DNA of 64,000 nucleotides from Peptococcaceae bacterium (GCA_030524315.1 JAUNGU010000002.1:2749-66748), one strand, 5' to 3'; shown: positions 10,104 through 18,513, numbered from the stretch's first letter. Notes: a model not told the origin generated them from the letters alone. A program made the numbers and translations.

Positions 10104-11285
10104 ATGTCTTACGATTTTGACACACCCGTCGACCGCCGCGGGACAAATTCCCTCAAATGGGACGTGGCCGATGGCGAGCTCCCGATGTGGGTGGCGGATA
10201 TGGATTTTCAGACGGCGCCGGAAATTCGCGACGATTTGGCGCGGCGCGTCAGCCACGGCGTCTTTGGCTATGCGACGGTTCCCGATGAATGGGCGGCAGC
10301 CTACGCGCGTTGGTGGCAGGCGCGGCATGGATTTAGCGTCGAAAAAGAGTGGCTGATTTTTTGCACAGGCGTGGTGCCAGCCCTCTCAAGCATTGTGCGC
10401 AAGCTCACGACGTCCGCCGAAAAGGTGCTGATTCAGACGCCGGTGTACAATATTTTTTTAAACTCGATTATTAACAACGGCCGTCAGGTGTTGGAAAGTC
10501 CGCTGGTTTATGAAAACGGCTGCTACCACGTTGATTTTGACGACCTCGAGCAAAAGCTCAGCGACCCTCAGACAACGCTGATGATTCTCTGCAATCCCCA
10601 CAATCCCGTGGGCAAAATTTGGGATGCGGGCACGTTGGCACGCATTGGCGACCTCTGCGCCAAGCACCACGTCATCGTCGTCGCCGACGAGATTCATTGC
10701 GACCTCACCGAGCCGGGCAAGGACTACGTGCCCTTTGCCTCGGTGTCGGCGACCTGTCGCGACAACAGCGTGAGCCTTTGGGCGCCGACCAAGGCCTTTA
10801 ATCTGGCAGGCTTGCAGACAGCGGCGGTGATGGTGCCCAATCCGGTCCTCGCCCACAAGGTCTGGCGCGGGCTTAACACCGACGAGGTCGCCGAGCCCAA
10901 CGTCTTTGCCTGTGGCGCCGCCATTAGCGCCTTTACGGCAGGCGCGCCCTGGCTCGACGCCCTGCGCCAGTACATTAGCGACAACAAGCGCGTGGCGACA
11001 GATTTTATCAACGAGGTGCTGCCGATTGTGCGCGTGGTGCCGTCGGAGGCCACCTATCTGTTGTGGCTAGATTTCAGCCTGTGTACCGATGACGCGGGCG
11101 AATTGGCGGATTATTTGCGACGGGAAACGGGCCTGTATCTGTCCGCAGGCAGCCAATACGGCGCAGCTGGTGCGGCATTTTTGCGAATGAACGTGGCCTG
11201 CGCGCGTTCGCTCTTGGAGGATGGCCTCAACCGCCTGGCGTTGGGTGTGATCGCCTATTGCACAGGACAGGATATGCTGGTTTAG
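10104..11285 (+). CDS. PatB/MalY-type PLP-dependent C-S lyase (cystathionine beta-lyase-like aminotransferase)
   Basis: MSYDFDTPVDRRGTNSLKWD N-terminus and class I/II aminotransferase body. ATG at 10104 lies 6 nt after GAAGGAGG. Confidence 0.9.
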   Translation: MSYDFDTPVDRRGTNSLKWDVADGELPMWVADMDFQTAPEIRDDLARRVSHGVFGYATVPDEWAAAYARWWQARHGFSVEKEWLIFCTGVVPALSSIVRKLTTSAEKVLIQTPVYNIFLNSIINNGRQVLESPLVYENGCYHVDFDDLEQKLSDPQTTLMILCNPHNPVGKIWDAGTLARIGDLCAKHHVIVVADEIHCDLTEPGKDYVPFASVSATCRDNSVSLWAPTKAFNLAGLQTAAVMVPNPVLAHKVWRGLNTDEVAEPNVFACGAAISAFTAGAPWLDALRQYISDNKRVATDFINEVLPIVRVVPSEATYLLWLDFSLCTDDAGELADYLRRETGLYLSAGSQYGAAGAAFLRMNVACARSLLEDGLNRLALGVIAYCTGQDMLV

Positions 11286-11307
11286 ATAGAGATTGGAGGA
11301 AGACATT

Positions 11308-11826
11308 ATGAAAATTTTGGTATTAAACGGTAGCCCTCGCCCACAGGGCCACACGGCAGCAATGGTCGAGGCCTTTGCCTGGGGTGCCGAGGAAGCGGGG
11401 CATGAGGTGACGGTCATCGACGTCTGCAAGAAAAAAATCGCCGGCTGTCTGGCTTGCGAATATTGCCACACCAAAGGTAATGGCAAGTGCATTCAGAATG
11501 ACGACATGCAGGAGATTTATCCGCTGCTTGAAAGCTCGGAGATGATTGTCTTTGCCTCGCCGGTGTATTATCAGGGCTTCACCGCCCAGCTCCAATGCGC
11601 CATCCACCGCATCTATGCGCTGGACAAGCCGAAGGGCCTCAAGAAAACGGCGATGATTCTGAGCTCCGGCGCGCCGGATGTGTACGACGGCATTTTCTTT
11701 GAATACAAGAAATCCTTCCTGATTTATTTGGGCCTCGAGGACATGGGCGTCGTCACCCAGTGCAGCGCCGATAATTTTGAAGCCAAGCTCCAGGAAGCCA
11801 AAGCCCTCGGCCAATCCCTCAAATAG
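11308..11826 (+). CDS. flavodoxin-fold NAD(P)H-dependent FMN reductase / iron-sulfur flavoprotein-like
   Basis: MKILVLNGSPRPQGHT and CLACEYC motifs. ATG at 11308 follows GGAGGA. Confidence 0.85.
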   Translation: MKILVLNGSPRPQGHTAAMVEAFAWGAEEAGHEVTVIDVCKKKIAGCLACEYCHTKGNGKCIQNDDMQEIYPLLESSEMIVFASPVYYQGFTAQLQCAIHRIYALDKPKGLKKTAMILSSGAPDVYDGIFFEYKKSFLIYLGLEDMGVVTQCSADNFEAKLQEAKALGQSLK

Positions 11827-11837
11827 CATCCCAACCC

Positions 11838-11867
11838 ACGCGCAGCGACCAACGTTGCGCGTTTTTT
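11838..11867 (+). terminator. intrinsic terminator ending the 7969-11826 operon
   Basis: ACGCGCAGCG...CGTTGCGCGT stem (one mismatch) followed by TTTTTT. Confidence 0.65.
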
Positions 11868-11978
11868 ATGGGTAGTATCCTTGCGGTAACCATGGCACAA
11901 AAAGGTGCGTACTTGTCGCCGCACCGCGCCCGCGCTATGATAAAACCATCGATAATAGAGTGATCGGAGGAGACCATC

Positions 11979-12857
11979 ATGTTTTTTTCTAGCCCCAAAG
12001 TCGCCGCCCCGGGCATCCAGCCAAAAGATATTCGCCGCCTGCGCGAAGCGCTAGATGCTGCCGATGCCGTCATCGTCGGCGCCGGTTCAGGCCTTTCCAC
12101 ATCCGCAGGCTTTGACTACAGTGGCGCGCGCTTTCACAAATATTTCCAGGATTACATCGACCGCTACAGCCTTGCAGATATGTACAGCGGCGGATTTTAT
12201 CCATTCGAGACCCTCGAGGAATTCTGGGGATTCTGGAGCCGTCACATTTATGTCAACCGCTACATGGATCCGCCCAAGCCCGTCTATGACAAGCTTCTGC
12301 AGCTTGTGACCGACAAGGATTATTTTGTCCTCACCACCAACGTCGACCACTGCTTCCAAAAGGCAGGCTTTGACAAACGCCGCCTCTTTTACACTCAGGG
12401 CGATTACGGCCTCTGGCAATGCAGCAAGCCTTGCCACCAGAAAACCTACGACAACGAAGAAACCGTCCGCGCCATGGTCGCCGAGCAGAAAAATTGCCAG
12501 GTGCCAACAGCGCTCATTCCTCGCTGCCCCGTCTGCGGCGCGCCCATGGCCATGAACCTGCGCGCCGACGATACCTTCGTCGAAGACGACGGCTGGCACC
12601 GCGCCGCCATGCGCTACCAGGATTTTATCCAGCGCCACCAAGGCCTGGACATTCTCTACCTCGAGCTCGGCGTCGGCGCCAACACCCCCGCCATCATCAA
12701 ATACCCCTTCTGGCAAATGACCATGGCCAACCTGGGCGCCACCTACGCCTGCATCAATTTCGGACAGGCTGTCGCCCCCGACGACATCGCCCACCAATCC
12801 ATCCTCATCAACGCCGACATCGGCGACGTCCTCGACGCCCTCGCTTGCGAAAAATGA
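11979..12857 (+). CDS. SIR2 family NAD-dependent protein deacylase-like protein
   Basis: VGAGSGLSTSAGF, TTNVDH and Zn-ribbon cysteines (CSKPC...CPVCG). GGAGGAG RBS. Confidence 0.85.
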   Translation: MFFSSPKVAAPGIQPKDIRRLREALDAADAVIVGAGSGLSTSAGFDYSGARFHKYFQDYIDRYSLADMYSGGFYPFETLEEFWGFWSRHIYVNRYMDPPKPVYDKLLQLVTDKDYFVLTTNVDHCFQKAGFDKRRLFYTQGDYGLWQCSKPCHQKTYDNEETVRAMVAEQKNCQVPTALIPRCPVCGAPMAMNLRADDTFVEDDGWHRAAMRYQDFIQRHQGLDILYLELGVGANTPAIIKYPFWQMTMANLGATYACINFGQAVAPDDIAHQSILINADIGDVLDALACEK

Positions 12858-12884
12858 AAAATTTCGCTTTTCGAAAGCGAGCAG
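12840..12884 (+). repeat. direct repeat copy A (hairpin-forming, spans the SIR2 stop codon)
   Basis: CTCGCTTGCGAAAAATGAAAAATTTCGCTTTTCGAAAGCGAGCAG. Stem arms at 12841-12853 and 12868-12880. Confidence 0.7.
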
Positions 12885-12886
12885 CA

Positions 12887-12932
12887 AAAATGCCCATACA
12901 ATAGACGGGGCTGTCTATTGTATGGGCATTTT
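12887..12932. terminator. bidirectional intrinsic terminator (SIR2 / ECF ATPase convergent)
   Basis: Perfect 20-bp stem AAAATGCCCATACAATAGAC / GTCTATTGTATGGGCATTTT. Confidence 0.8.
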
Positions 12933-12941
12933 CATGTGCGT

Positions 12942-14423
12942 CTACGCCATAAAAAAGTCGTTCATCCTGTCGACCAAGGCACTTTGTAGCCAGCCTGACG
13001 CGATGATTCTGCCGTCTTCTATCAATACAAGATAATCGCAGCATTGTTTGATGAGTTCAGGGTCGTGGGTGATGATGAACTGGGTTTTCCCCTTTGCCTG
13101 CATATTTTTTATGGCCTCGGCAACATCGATCATCCTTGCATAATCTAAACCGCTGGTGGGCTCATCATAGACGAGGATTTGCTTATTAGACGCGAGGGCA
13201 CAGGCGACAGAGACGCGTTGCTTCTGCCCGCCGGAAAGGGACATGGGATGCACATCCTGATAGTGGTCCAGATTGAGTGAGGCTAGAATTTGCAGGGCCT
13301 TTTCTTTTTTTGCGTGCGCTTCGTCGTGGCTTTTTTCCATCGACAAAAGAATCTCGTCTAAGACACTTTCCGTAAACAGCTGATGATTCACATCCTGCAT
13401 GACAAGGTAACAGGTGTTGATGCGCGCTTTCCAGCTGAGATTGCGTCCACAAAATGTCATTGTGCCACGTGCTTTCTTTTCTAATCCGCACATACATCTG
13501 CCAAAGGTCGATTTGCCTGCGCCGTTTTTTCCGATCACTGCCACGACGCTTCCGCAAGGAATGGATAAGGATAGAATATCGAGATTTTTTTCCTTGTCGT
13601 AGGCAAAAGAAAAATCTTTGAAATCAATCATTTCCGTATTTTTGGCTGGCAAGGCAGATAATTTATCAAAAGAGATGGTGCGTGCTCGTAAGCCCATGCT
13701 GGCCAGCGTATCAGCAGGAATCGCTAAAAATTCCTGAATAGAAATATCCTGGTCGATGCGGCCATTTTTCACGTAAATGACACGATCCACAATATCCATG
13801 AGCCAGTAGAGCCGATGCTCAGCAATGACGATGGTACAGCCCGCGTCTTTCCACTGCTTTATAATGCCAGCCAGCTCATGGATCGCTGCTATGTCTAGGT
13901 TAGAAGAGGGCTCGTCCATGACCAGAATTTGTGGAAAGAGGGTTGCCACAGAGGCGCAGGCTATTTTTTGCTTTTGTCCGCCGGATAACGCAAATAAACT
14001 TTTGCCAAGTAGCGGCGTTAGGTTTAGTTTGTCGACGATGTCTTCGAACCGTTGATAAATTTGCGCCTTTTCCATCCCAATATTTTCGCAGGCAAAAACA
14101 ATTTCAGAATCAGTCTGCACCGTATAAAATTGCGATTTGGGATTTTGAAAAACAGAGCCTACAAAGGGCGTGAGCTCATAGAGCTCGCTATTTTTTGTAT
14201 CACGGCCACAAACGGTGATCTCACCAGAAAGCGTGCCCTCATAAAAATTGGGGATTAGGCCATTGATCATGCGCGACAGGGTTGTTTTTCCGCAGCCGGA
14301 GCTGCCGCAAAGTAAGACCACCTGGCCCTTGGGAATGTGTAAATTGATATGATGCACGCCGACATCGGACCTCGCATTGTGATATACAAAGTTGACTTGA
14401 TTCAGTTGTATCATTACATGCAC
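12942..14423 (-). CDS. ECF transporter ATPase, fused duplicated EcfA domains
   Basis: Two Walker A motifs (GSSGCGKTT, GKNGAGKST), two LSGGQKQ signatures and two Walker B motifs. Start is either GTG at 14423 or ATG at 14414. Confidence 0.9.
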   Translation of the reverse strand: MHVMIQLNQVNFVYHNARSDVGVHHINLHIPKGQVVLLCGSSGCGKTTLSRMINGLIPNFYEGTLSGEITVCGRDTKNSELYELTPFVGSVFQNPKSQFYTVQTDSEIVFACENIGMEKAQIYQRFEDIVDKLNLTPLLGKSLFALSGGQKQKIACASVATLFPQILVMDEPSSNLDIAAIHELAGIIKQWKDAGCTIVIAEHRLYWLMDIVDRVIYVKNGRIDQDISIQEFLAIPADTLASMGLRARTISFDKLSALPAKNTEMIDFKDFSFAYDKEKNLDILSLSIPCGSVVAVIGKNGAGKSTFGRCMCGLEKKARGTMTFCGRNLSWKARINTCYLVMQDVNHQLFTESVLDEILLSMEKSHDEAHAKKEKALQILASLNLDHYQDVHPMSLSGGQKQRVSVACALASNKQILVYDEPTSGLDYARMIDVAEAIKNMQAKGKTQFIITHDPELIKQCCDYLVLIEDGRIIASGWLQSALVDRMNDFFMA

Positions 14424-14429
14424 CAGCTC

Positions 14430-15152
14430 CTATCGGTAAATGATATAAACAATAAGGCAGCAAATCGTTGCAAAAAAAGCAATGCCATCTCGCCAGGTAA
14501 AGCCGATGGGGCAGACATTCGTCCGTTTTATTGGTGCGTTTAATCCCCGTGTGAGTGCCGATGCAGCCAAATCGTTCCCAATAGAAACGATGCTTGTCAA
14601 GAAAGGCACCATGCGGTATTCAAGCATTTTCATAGGATGTCGTATAGAACCAACCTCGCGCATCATCATCGCGTCTCTTACATGGCCGTACTCTTCGATA
14701 ATGGTTGGAAAGAAGCGAAACAATACAGAAAAGGGCATGGAAATCTTTTTGGTGACATGCATCCGATCCATCGCCGCCACAAACTCACTGACAGTTGTGC
14801 TCACAATCAAGAAATAGCCCATCATCATTCCCGGCAAAATTTGCGTAAAGAGCGCAATCATTCCCGTAAACAATAGATTGACGATGTTTGGCAGGTAGGG
14901 AATCAATAGCTTTGGCACCAAGGATGAAAATACATACATCCCCAAATAGTAGAGCGCCATTTTATATTTCTTCAACACGATCAGGAAAACCAGCGGCAAG
15001 ATGGCAAAGAGGAGCTTTATGGCGTCAATCATCGGTGAATCAGAAGGTGCCAACATGACAGAGGACACCGTCAGACACAAAAAAATTTTTGTTCGTGGAT
15101 CCAAATAGAGCTGCTTTGCTTTTGCTGTTGTATCGTAGATATCGCTTATCAT
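14430..15152 (-). CDS. ECF transporter transmembrane (T) component, EcfT/CbiQ family
   Basis: 240-aa TM protein between the S component and the ATPase, with ARG-containing coupling-helix-like segments. Confidence 0.85.
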   Translation of the reverse strand: MISDIYDTTAKAKQLYLDPRTKIFLCLTVSSVMLAPSDSPMIDAIKLLFAILPLVFLIVLKKYKMALYYLGMYVFSSLVPKLLIPYLPNIVNLLFTGMIALFTQILPGMMMGYFLIVSTTVSEFVAAMDRMHVTKKISMPFSVLFRFFPTIIEEYGHVRDAMMMREVGSIRHPMKMLEYRMVPFLTSIVSIGNDLAASALTRGLNAPIKRTNVCPIGFTWRDGIAFFATICCLIVYIIYR

Positions 15153-15163
15153 CGTGCCACCAT

Positions 15164-15760
15164 TTATACCAAACCGCTTTTTTCAAAATGCTTTTTCATG
15201 ACCGATTTTCCGATGAGGCCGCCGATCACGCCTGAAATAAAGCTGCCGAGCACCATTGCCGGGAAAACCCAGCCAGTCGTTAATGCGCCGTGTACCGTGT
15301 TCACATAGGCATCGCCATAGGTGACAGCCGTCTGAGAAAGCCAAGCCTCGCTGGCAGAAATCCAGTGGATGTAGTTCCCGCAGATGCAGGTGGACAGAAT
15401 TCCGTAGCAAACAATGGCCATGTTTTTGCTCGAATATTTCGCTGCCTTGAACAGTAATTCGCAAATGACGCCGACAACAATCCCCCAAATCAACAGGTCG
15501 TAGCCCATGCCTGTCAGGATCATGACCAGACCAAAGAGAATTTCAAAAATCAGCAGCATGCCAGCCTTTTTAACCTTTGTAAAATACAGCATCATCGGAA
15601 TACCACCGATCACCGGAAGGATGATTGGCAGCAGTATAAACCCAATGGGGATTAATCCCACAGTACAAGCAATTGCGATGACAATGACCATGTAAATTGC
15701 TGTAAAAATGCCGATGTTAATAAAATCTTTCCCGTTGAGTGTCGCTGTTTTGTTTTGCAT
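15164..15760 (-). CDS. MptD-family putative ECF transporter S component
   Basis: MQNKTATLNGKDFINIGIFTAIYMVIV N-terminus in a 6-TM small protein that heads the ECF operon. Confidence 0.7.
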   Translation of the reverse strand: MQNKTATLNGKDFINIGIFTAIYMVIVIAIACTVGLIPIGFILLPIILPVIGGIPMMLYFTKVKKAGMLLIFEILFGLVMILTGMGYDLLIWGIVVGVICELLFKAAKYSSKNMAIVCYGILSTCICGNYIHWISASEAWLSQTAVTYGDAYVNTVHGALTTGWVFPAMVLGSFISGVIGGLIGKSVMKKHFEKSGLV

Positions 15761-15826
15761 CGTAATCTCCTCCGTTGCGATCTAGGATTTTTTGCGTTAT
15801 TCTAGGTTAGAGAAAGCTAACCATAT

Positions 15827-15841
15827 CGTATAGACTATACG
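15827..15841. promoter_or_regulatory. 15-nt perfect palindrome CGTATAGACTATACG in the ECF/AraC divergent region
   Basis: Read directly from the sequence. Lies between the S-component start (15760) and the AraC start (15930). Confidence 0.35.
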
Positions 15842-15929
15842 TCTTTCGATTTGAAAACAATAGGAAGGCGGAGGGTTTGGCCGATGCCAAAAGCGATTTG
15901 GTCGATTTCAAAAAAGAAGGTGATGCGTT

Positions 15930-16892
15930 GTGGACGCGAGATTTGAACAGCTGTGTTTGGGACATTTACCGCAATTAGGTTTGAGGCCCGCAGATAAAGG
16001 GCAGGAAGCTAAAAACGGTGTTGGCTTTACTTTTGTGCCAGATCCAGAAATTGGCGAAGGCTATTTATGGACCTACCCCATCAATTCTGCATGCTCGCTG
16101 ACTGTTTATGATATTATTTTTTATCAAGACATTTCGTTTCGCTGCCATCATCCGGCCGCATTAACGATTGCCGTGAGCTCACCGGGGAGTGTGGAGCCTG
16201 TGCTTACAAAGAGCTGCCATCATCCGGAAAATCTTGTAGGCTATTTCTTAGAGGAAGGCATTTTTTCACACACGATTCCCAAGGGCACACCGGTGAGAAG
16301 CATTGGACTGGGATTGATGCCGGAATTTTGGCAAGAGCAGCTACCGAATTTATTGGCGCAGGACACCTCTCAGGTGTTCAATGCTGCGTGCGCGTTGGAT
16401 GGCACAGCGACAATTCCTGAGGTCGAATGGTTGCTGCATCAAATGGCATCTTATGTGCCAACATCCAAAACCGCCGCTTTGAGATACGAGGCAAAAATAT
16501 TTGAGCTCATATCCGCTCTTTTAGAATGGCGAATGTTGTCTTTGCCCATTCCTGTCAATCAACGTATTTCTGCAACCGACCAGGAAGTCATCCAAAATCT
16601 CAAGCATTATCTGAGCCAAAATTACGCTGCACAGATGAACCTGCAAAGCCTGGCGCAAATGTGCTATATGAGCAAATCAAAAATGACCGCGCTTTTTCGC
16701 ACCATTTATGGCATGACAATCTATGATTTCATCTTGAATTGTCGCATCGAACGGGCAAAGGAATTATTGACCGACCGTCGAAAAAAGATTAGTGAGATCG
16801 CACTTTCCGTTGGCTATGAACACCCAAGCAGTTTTTCGGTGGCTTTTCATCAAAAAACCGGTCTCACGCCAAGTGCATTTAGAAAACAGTGA
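15930..16892 (+). CDS. AraC family transcriptional regulator
   Basis: C-terminal double HTH (LQSLAQMCYMSKSKMTALFR...ISEIALSVGYEHPSSFSVAFHQKTGLTPSAFRK). GTG start lies 7 nt after GAAGGTG. Divergent from the ECF operon. Confidence 0.85.
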   Translation: MDARFEQLCLGHLPQLGLRPADKGQEAKNGVGFTFVPDPEIGEGYLWTYPINSACSLTVYDIIFYQDISFRCHHPAALTIAVSSPGSVEPVLTKSCHHPENLVGYFLEEGIFSHTIPKGTPVRSIGLGLMPEFWQEQLPNLLAQDTSQVFNAACALDGTATIPEVEWLLHQMASYVPTSKTAALRYEAKIFELISALLEWRMLSLPIPVNQRISATDQEVIQNLKHYLSQNYAAQMNLQSLAQMCYMSKSKMTALFRTIYGMTIYDFILNCRIERAKELLTDRRKKISEIALSVGYEHPSSFSVAFHQKTGLTPSAFRKQ

Positions 16893-16950
16893 GAAGCTTG
16901 GCGCGGGCGTGCACGCCATGAGCAATGAAGGTGTCGCCATCAGGGTGCTC

Positions 16951-16996
16951 CTCACTTTCGAAAAATGAAAAATTTTCGAGTTTCGAAAGTGGGCAG
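16951..16996 (+). repeat. direct repeat copy B (hairpin-forming), downstream of the AraC gene
   Basis: CTCACTTTCGAAAAATGAAAAATTTTCGAGTTTCGAAAGTGGGCAG. 39 of 46 aligned columns match copy A in a hand alignment. Stem arms at 16953-16963 and 16981-16991. Confidence 0.7.
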
Positions 16997-17091
16997 GACA
17001 TCTTCGGTTAATAAATTGTGGTGCGATACGTTATGAACATGATATAATAGGAAAAAGTTTTCATAATTTTCTATGATAGGAGATGTTCGCG

Positions 17092-18066
17092 ATGAAAAAA
17101 TGGAGAGCGTTGTTTTTAGGAGGCGTGCTGGGCCTGCTGTTTACCGCTGTGCCGGCTTGGGCCTATGGACCGTATGTGGCGGTAGACGGTCTGCTATTTG
17201 AAATGGGCGCGCCGGTGACGGTGCATGCCGACGGCGAATATGTGGCGACGGATGTCCAGCCCTATATCAAGAATGGACGAACTTTTTTGCCGATGCGCGC
17301 TGCTGCCGAGGCTGTCGGTGCCAACGTGGGCTGGGATGGTAAGACACTCTGTGTGACTGTGCAAAAAGGTGAGACGCTGGCTTATTTTTTTGTCGGCAGC
17401 CGTACCTATTACGTCAATGACGTCGCACTCACAGCGTCTGTGGCGCCAGAGAATAAGGACGGACGCATTATGGTGCCGATTCGTGATTTTTCAGAAGCGG
17501 TACAGGCGACAGTCGATTGGGAAGGAAGTACAGCTAGCGTCGAAATTTACACAGGTGGGCCAGTTGCCGAAGCGCCGCAGCTGCCAAGCAGCATTCCTGA
17601 TGATGTGCGATGGTTGATCCAGAAATATTACGTGCAGGCAGACGGACAAGGCGCTGGAAGCTGGATGACGAGCGATTTGGAGAATTCGGCTCTACCAGAA
17701 TACAACCGCTTGCCTGGCTATGAATTTGTCCTTATTTCCAAAATGGCCAATGGCACGAAAGCGGCGACCGTGATTCGATATGAGCATCAGCCATTTATTG
17801 ACGGGATTACACAAATTGGGGTCAAGGTTTTTGCTGATTGTAAAATAGATAGGCTATTAGGAGAGACGTTGATTGAGCCCGAGTATCAGCCAACGTATTA
17901 TTTTGGTCTGCCGATCGAATTTCAGGTGAAAACCATTCGTCATTTTGTTCCGAGCGCCCAAAATTTGCGGCTCGTTGGCACGGCGACGGATTCTTTTACA
18001 GGACCGCAGATTGGCAAATATCCTCTTCCTGTGACGCCGTGCGACGTTTTATACACAGCGCTCTAA
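17092..18066 (+). CDS. secreted protein with copper amine oxidase N-terminal-like (stalk) domain
   Basis: Signal peptide ending AWA. NGRTFLPMRAAAEAVGANVGWDGKTLCVTV and DGRIMVPIRDFSEAVQATVDWEG repeats. ATG at 17092 lies 8 nt after TAGGAGA. Confidence 0.8.
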   Translation: MKKWRALFLGGVLGLLFTAVPAWAYGPYVAVDGLLFEMGAPVTVHADGEYVATDVQPYIKNGRTFLPMRAAAEAVGANVGWDGKTLCVTVQKGETLAYFFVGSRTYYVNDVALTASVAPENKDGRIMVPIRDFSEAVQATVDWEGSTASVEIYTGGPVAEAPQLPSSIPDDVRWLIQKYYVQADGQGAGSWMTSDLENSALPEYNRLPGYEFVLISKMANGTKAATVIRYEHQPFIDGITQIGVKVFADCKIDRLLGETLIEPEYQPTYYFGLPIEFQVKTIRHFVPSAQNLRLVGTATDSFTGPQIGKYPLPVTPCDVLYTAL

Positions 18067-18101
18067 TCGCTCGCATTTTGCGAGCGGTGGGGAGGGCGTT
18101 C

Positions 18102-18142
18102 GACAGCTTTTTGCGAGCGATCGTAGGGAGCTGTCTTTTTTT
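18102..18142 (+). terminator. intrinsic terminator after the stalk-domain protein gene
   Basis: GACAGCT...AGCTGTC stem followed by a run of 7 T. Confidence 0.55.
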
Positions 18143-18192
18143 GTGCAAAAGTGGCTTGGTGGCGCGGAATTATTGAGTTTTCCCCGGCAAAC

Positions 18193-18319
18193 TGTGGAAA
18201 AGTCTTCGGAAAACCCCAGAGTTTTCCACAGAATCCGTGGAAAACTCAATTTTTGACGGGGAAAACTTTGGCGAAAAATCCCCGGAGCCGGTTTCTACCG
18301 CTGTGGAAAATGTGGAAAG
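18193..18319. promoter_or_regulatory. cluster of five DnaA-box-like 9-mers (three exact TTTTCCACA)
   Basis: TGTGGAAAA 18193-18201, TTTTCCACA 18222-18230, CGTGGAAAA 18236-18244, TGTGGAAAA 18302-18310 and TGTGGAAAG 18311-18319. TTTTCCACA is one mismatch from TTATCCACA. Confidence 0.5.
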
Positions 18320-18513
18320 CGTTTGCCGGCGAGCTTGGGAAAACTTTTTGCGCCGGGAAATAGTCATGGATAAAAGAATATAATAAAATTTCCGACAGTT
18401 TTTTGGCGCGTGGCTGTTGCTTTTTCTTGATGAGACATCTATGATGGAGATACATTCACGTCGACAAGGCGTGTTCATCCACAAGGTAGAAATTGTAGAA
18501 CGGAGGAATTCGG

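Noticed and set aside
14518-14547. TTCGTCCGT-N12-TTTAATCCC, resembling the LytTR 9-N12-9 box
   Set aside because: It lies inside the EcfT coding sequence, the second half-site is poor, and no promoter context follows. It is probably a chance match.
18151-18363. 70-aa ORF (and minus-strand ORFs 18170..18484 and 18246..18455) in the DnaA-box region
   Set aside because: The reading frames are generated by the GGAAAA repeats. They have no RBS, and the sequence is repetitive and low-complexity. The region is treated as non-coding regulatory DNA.
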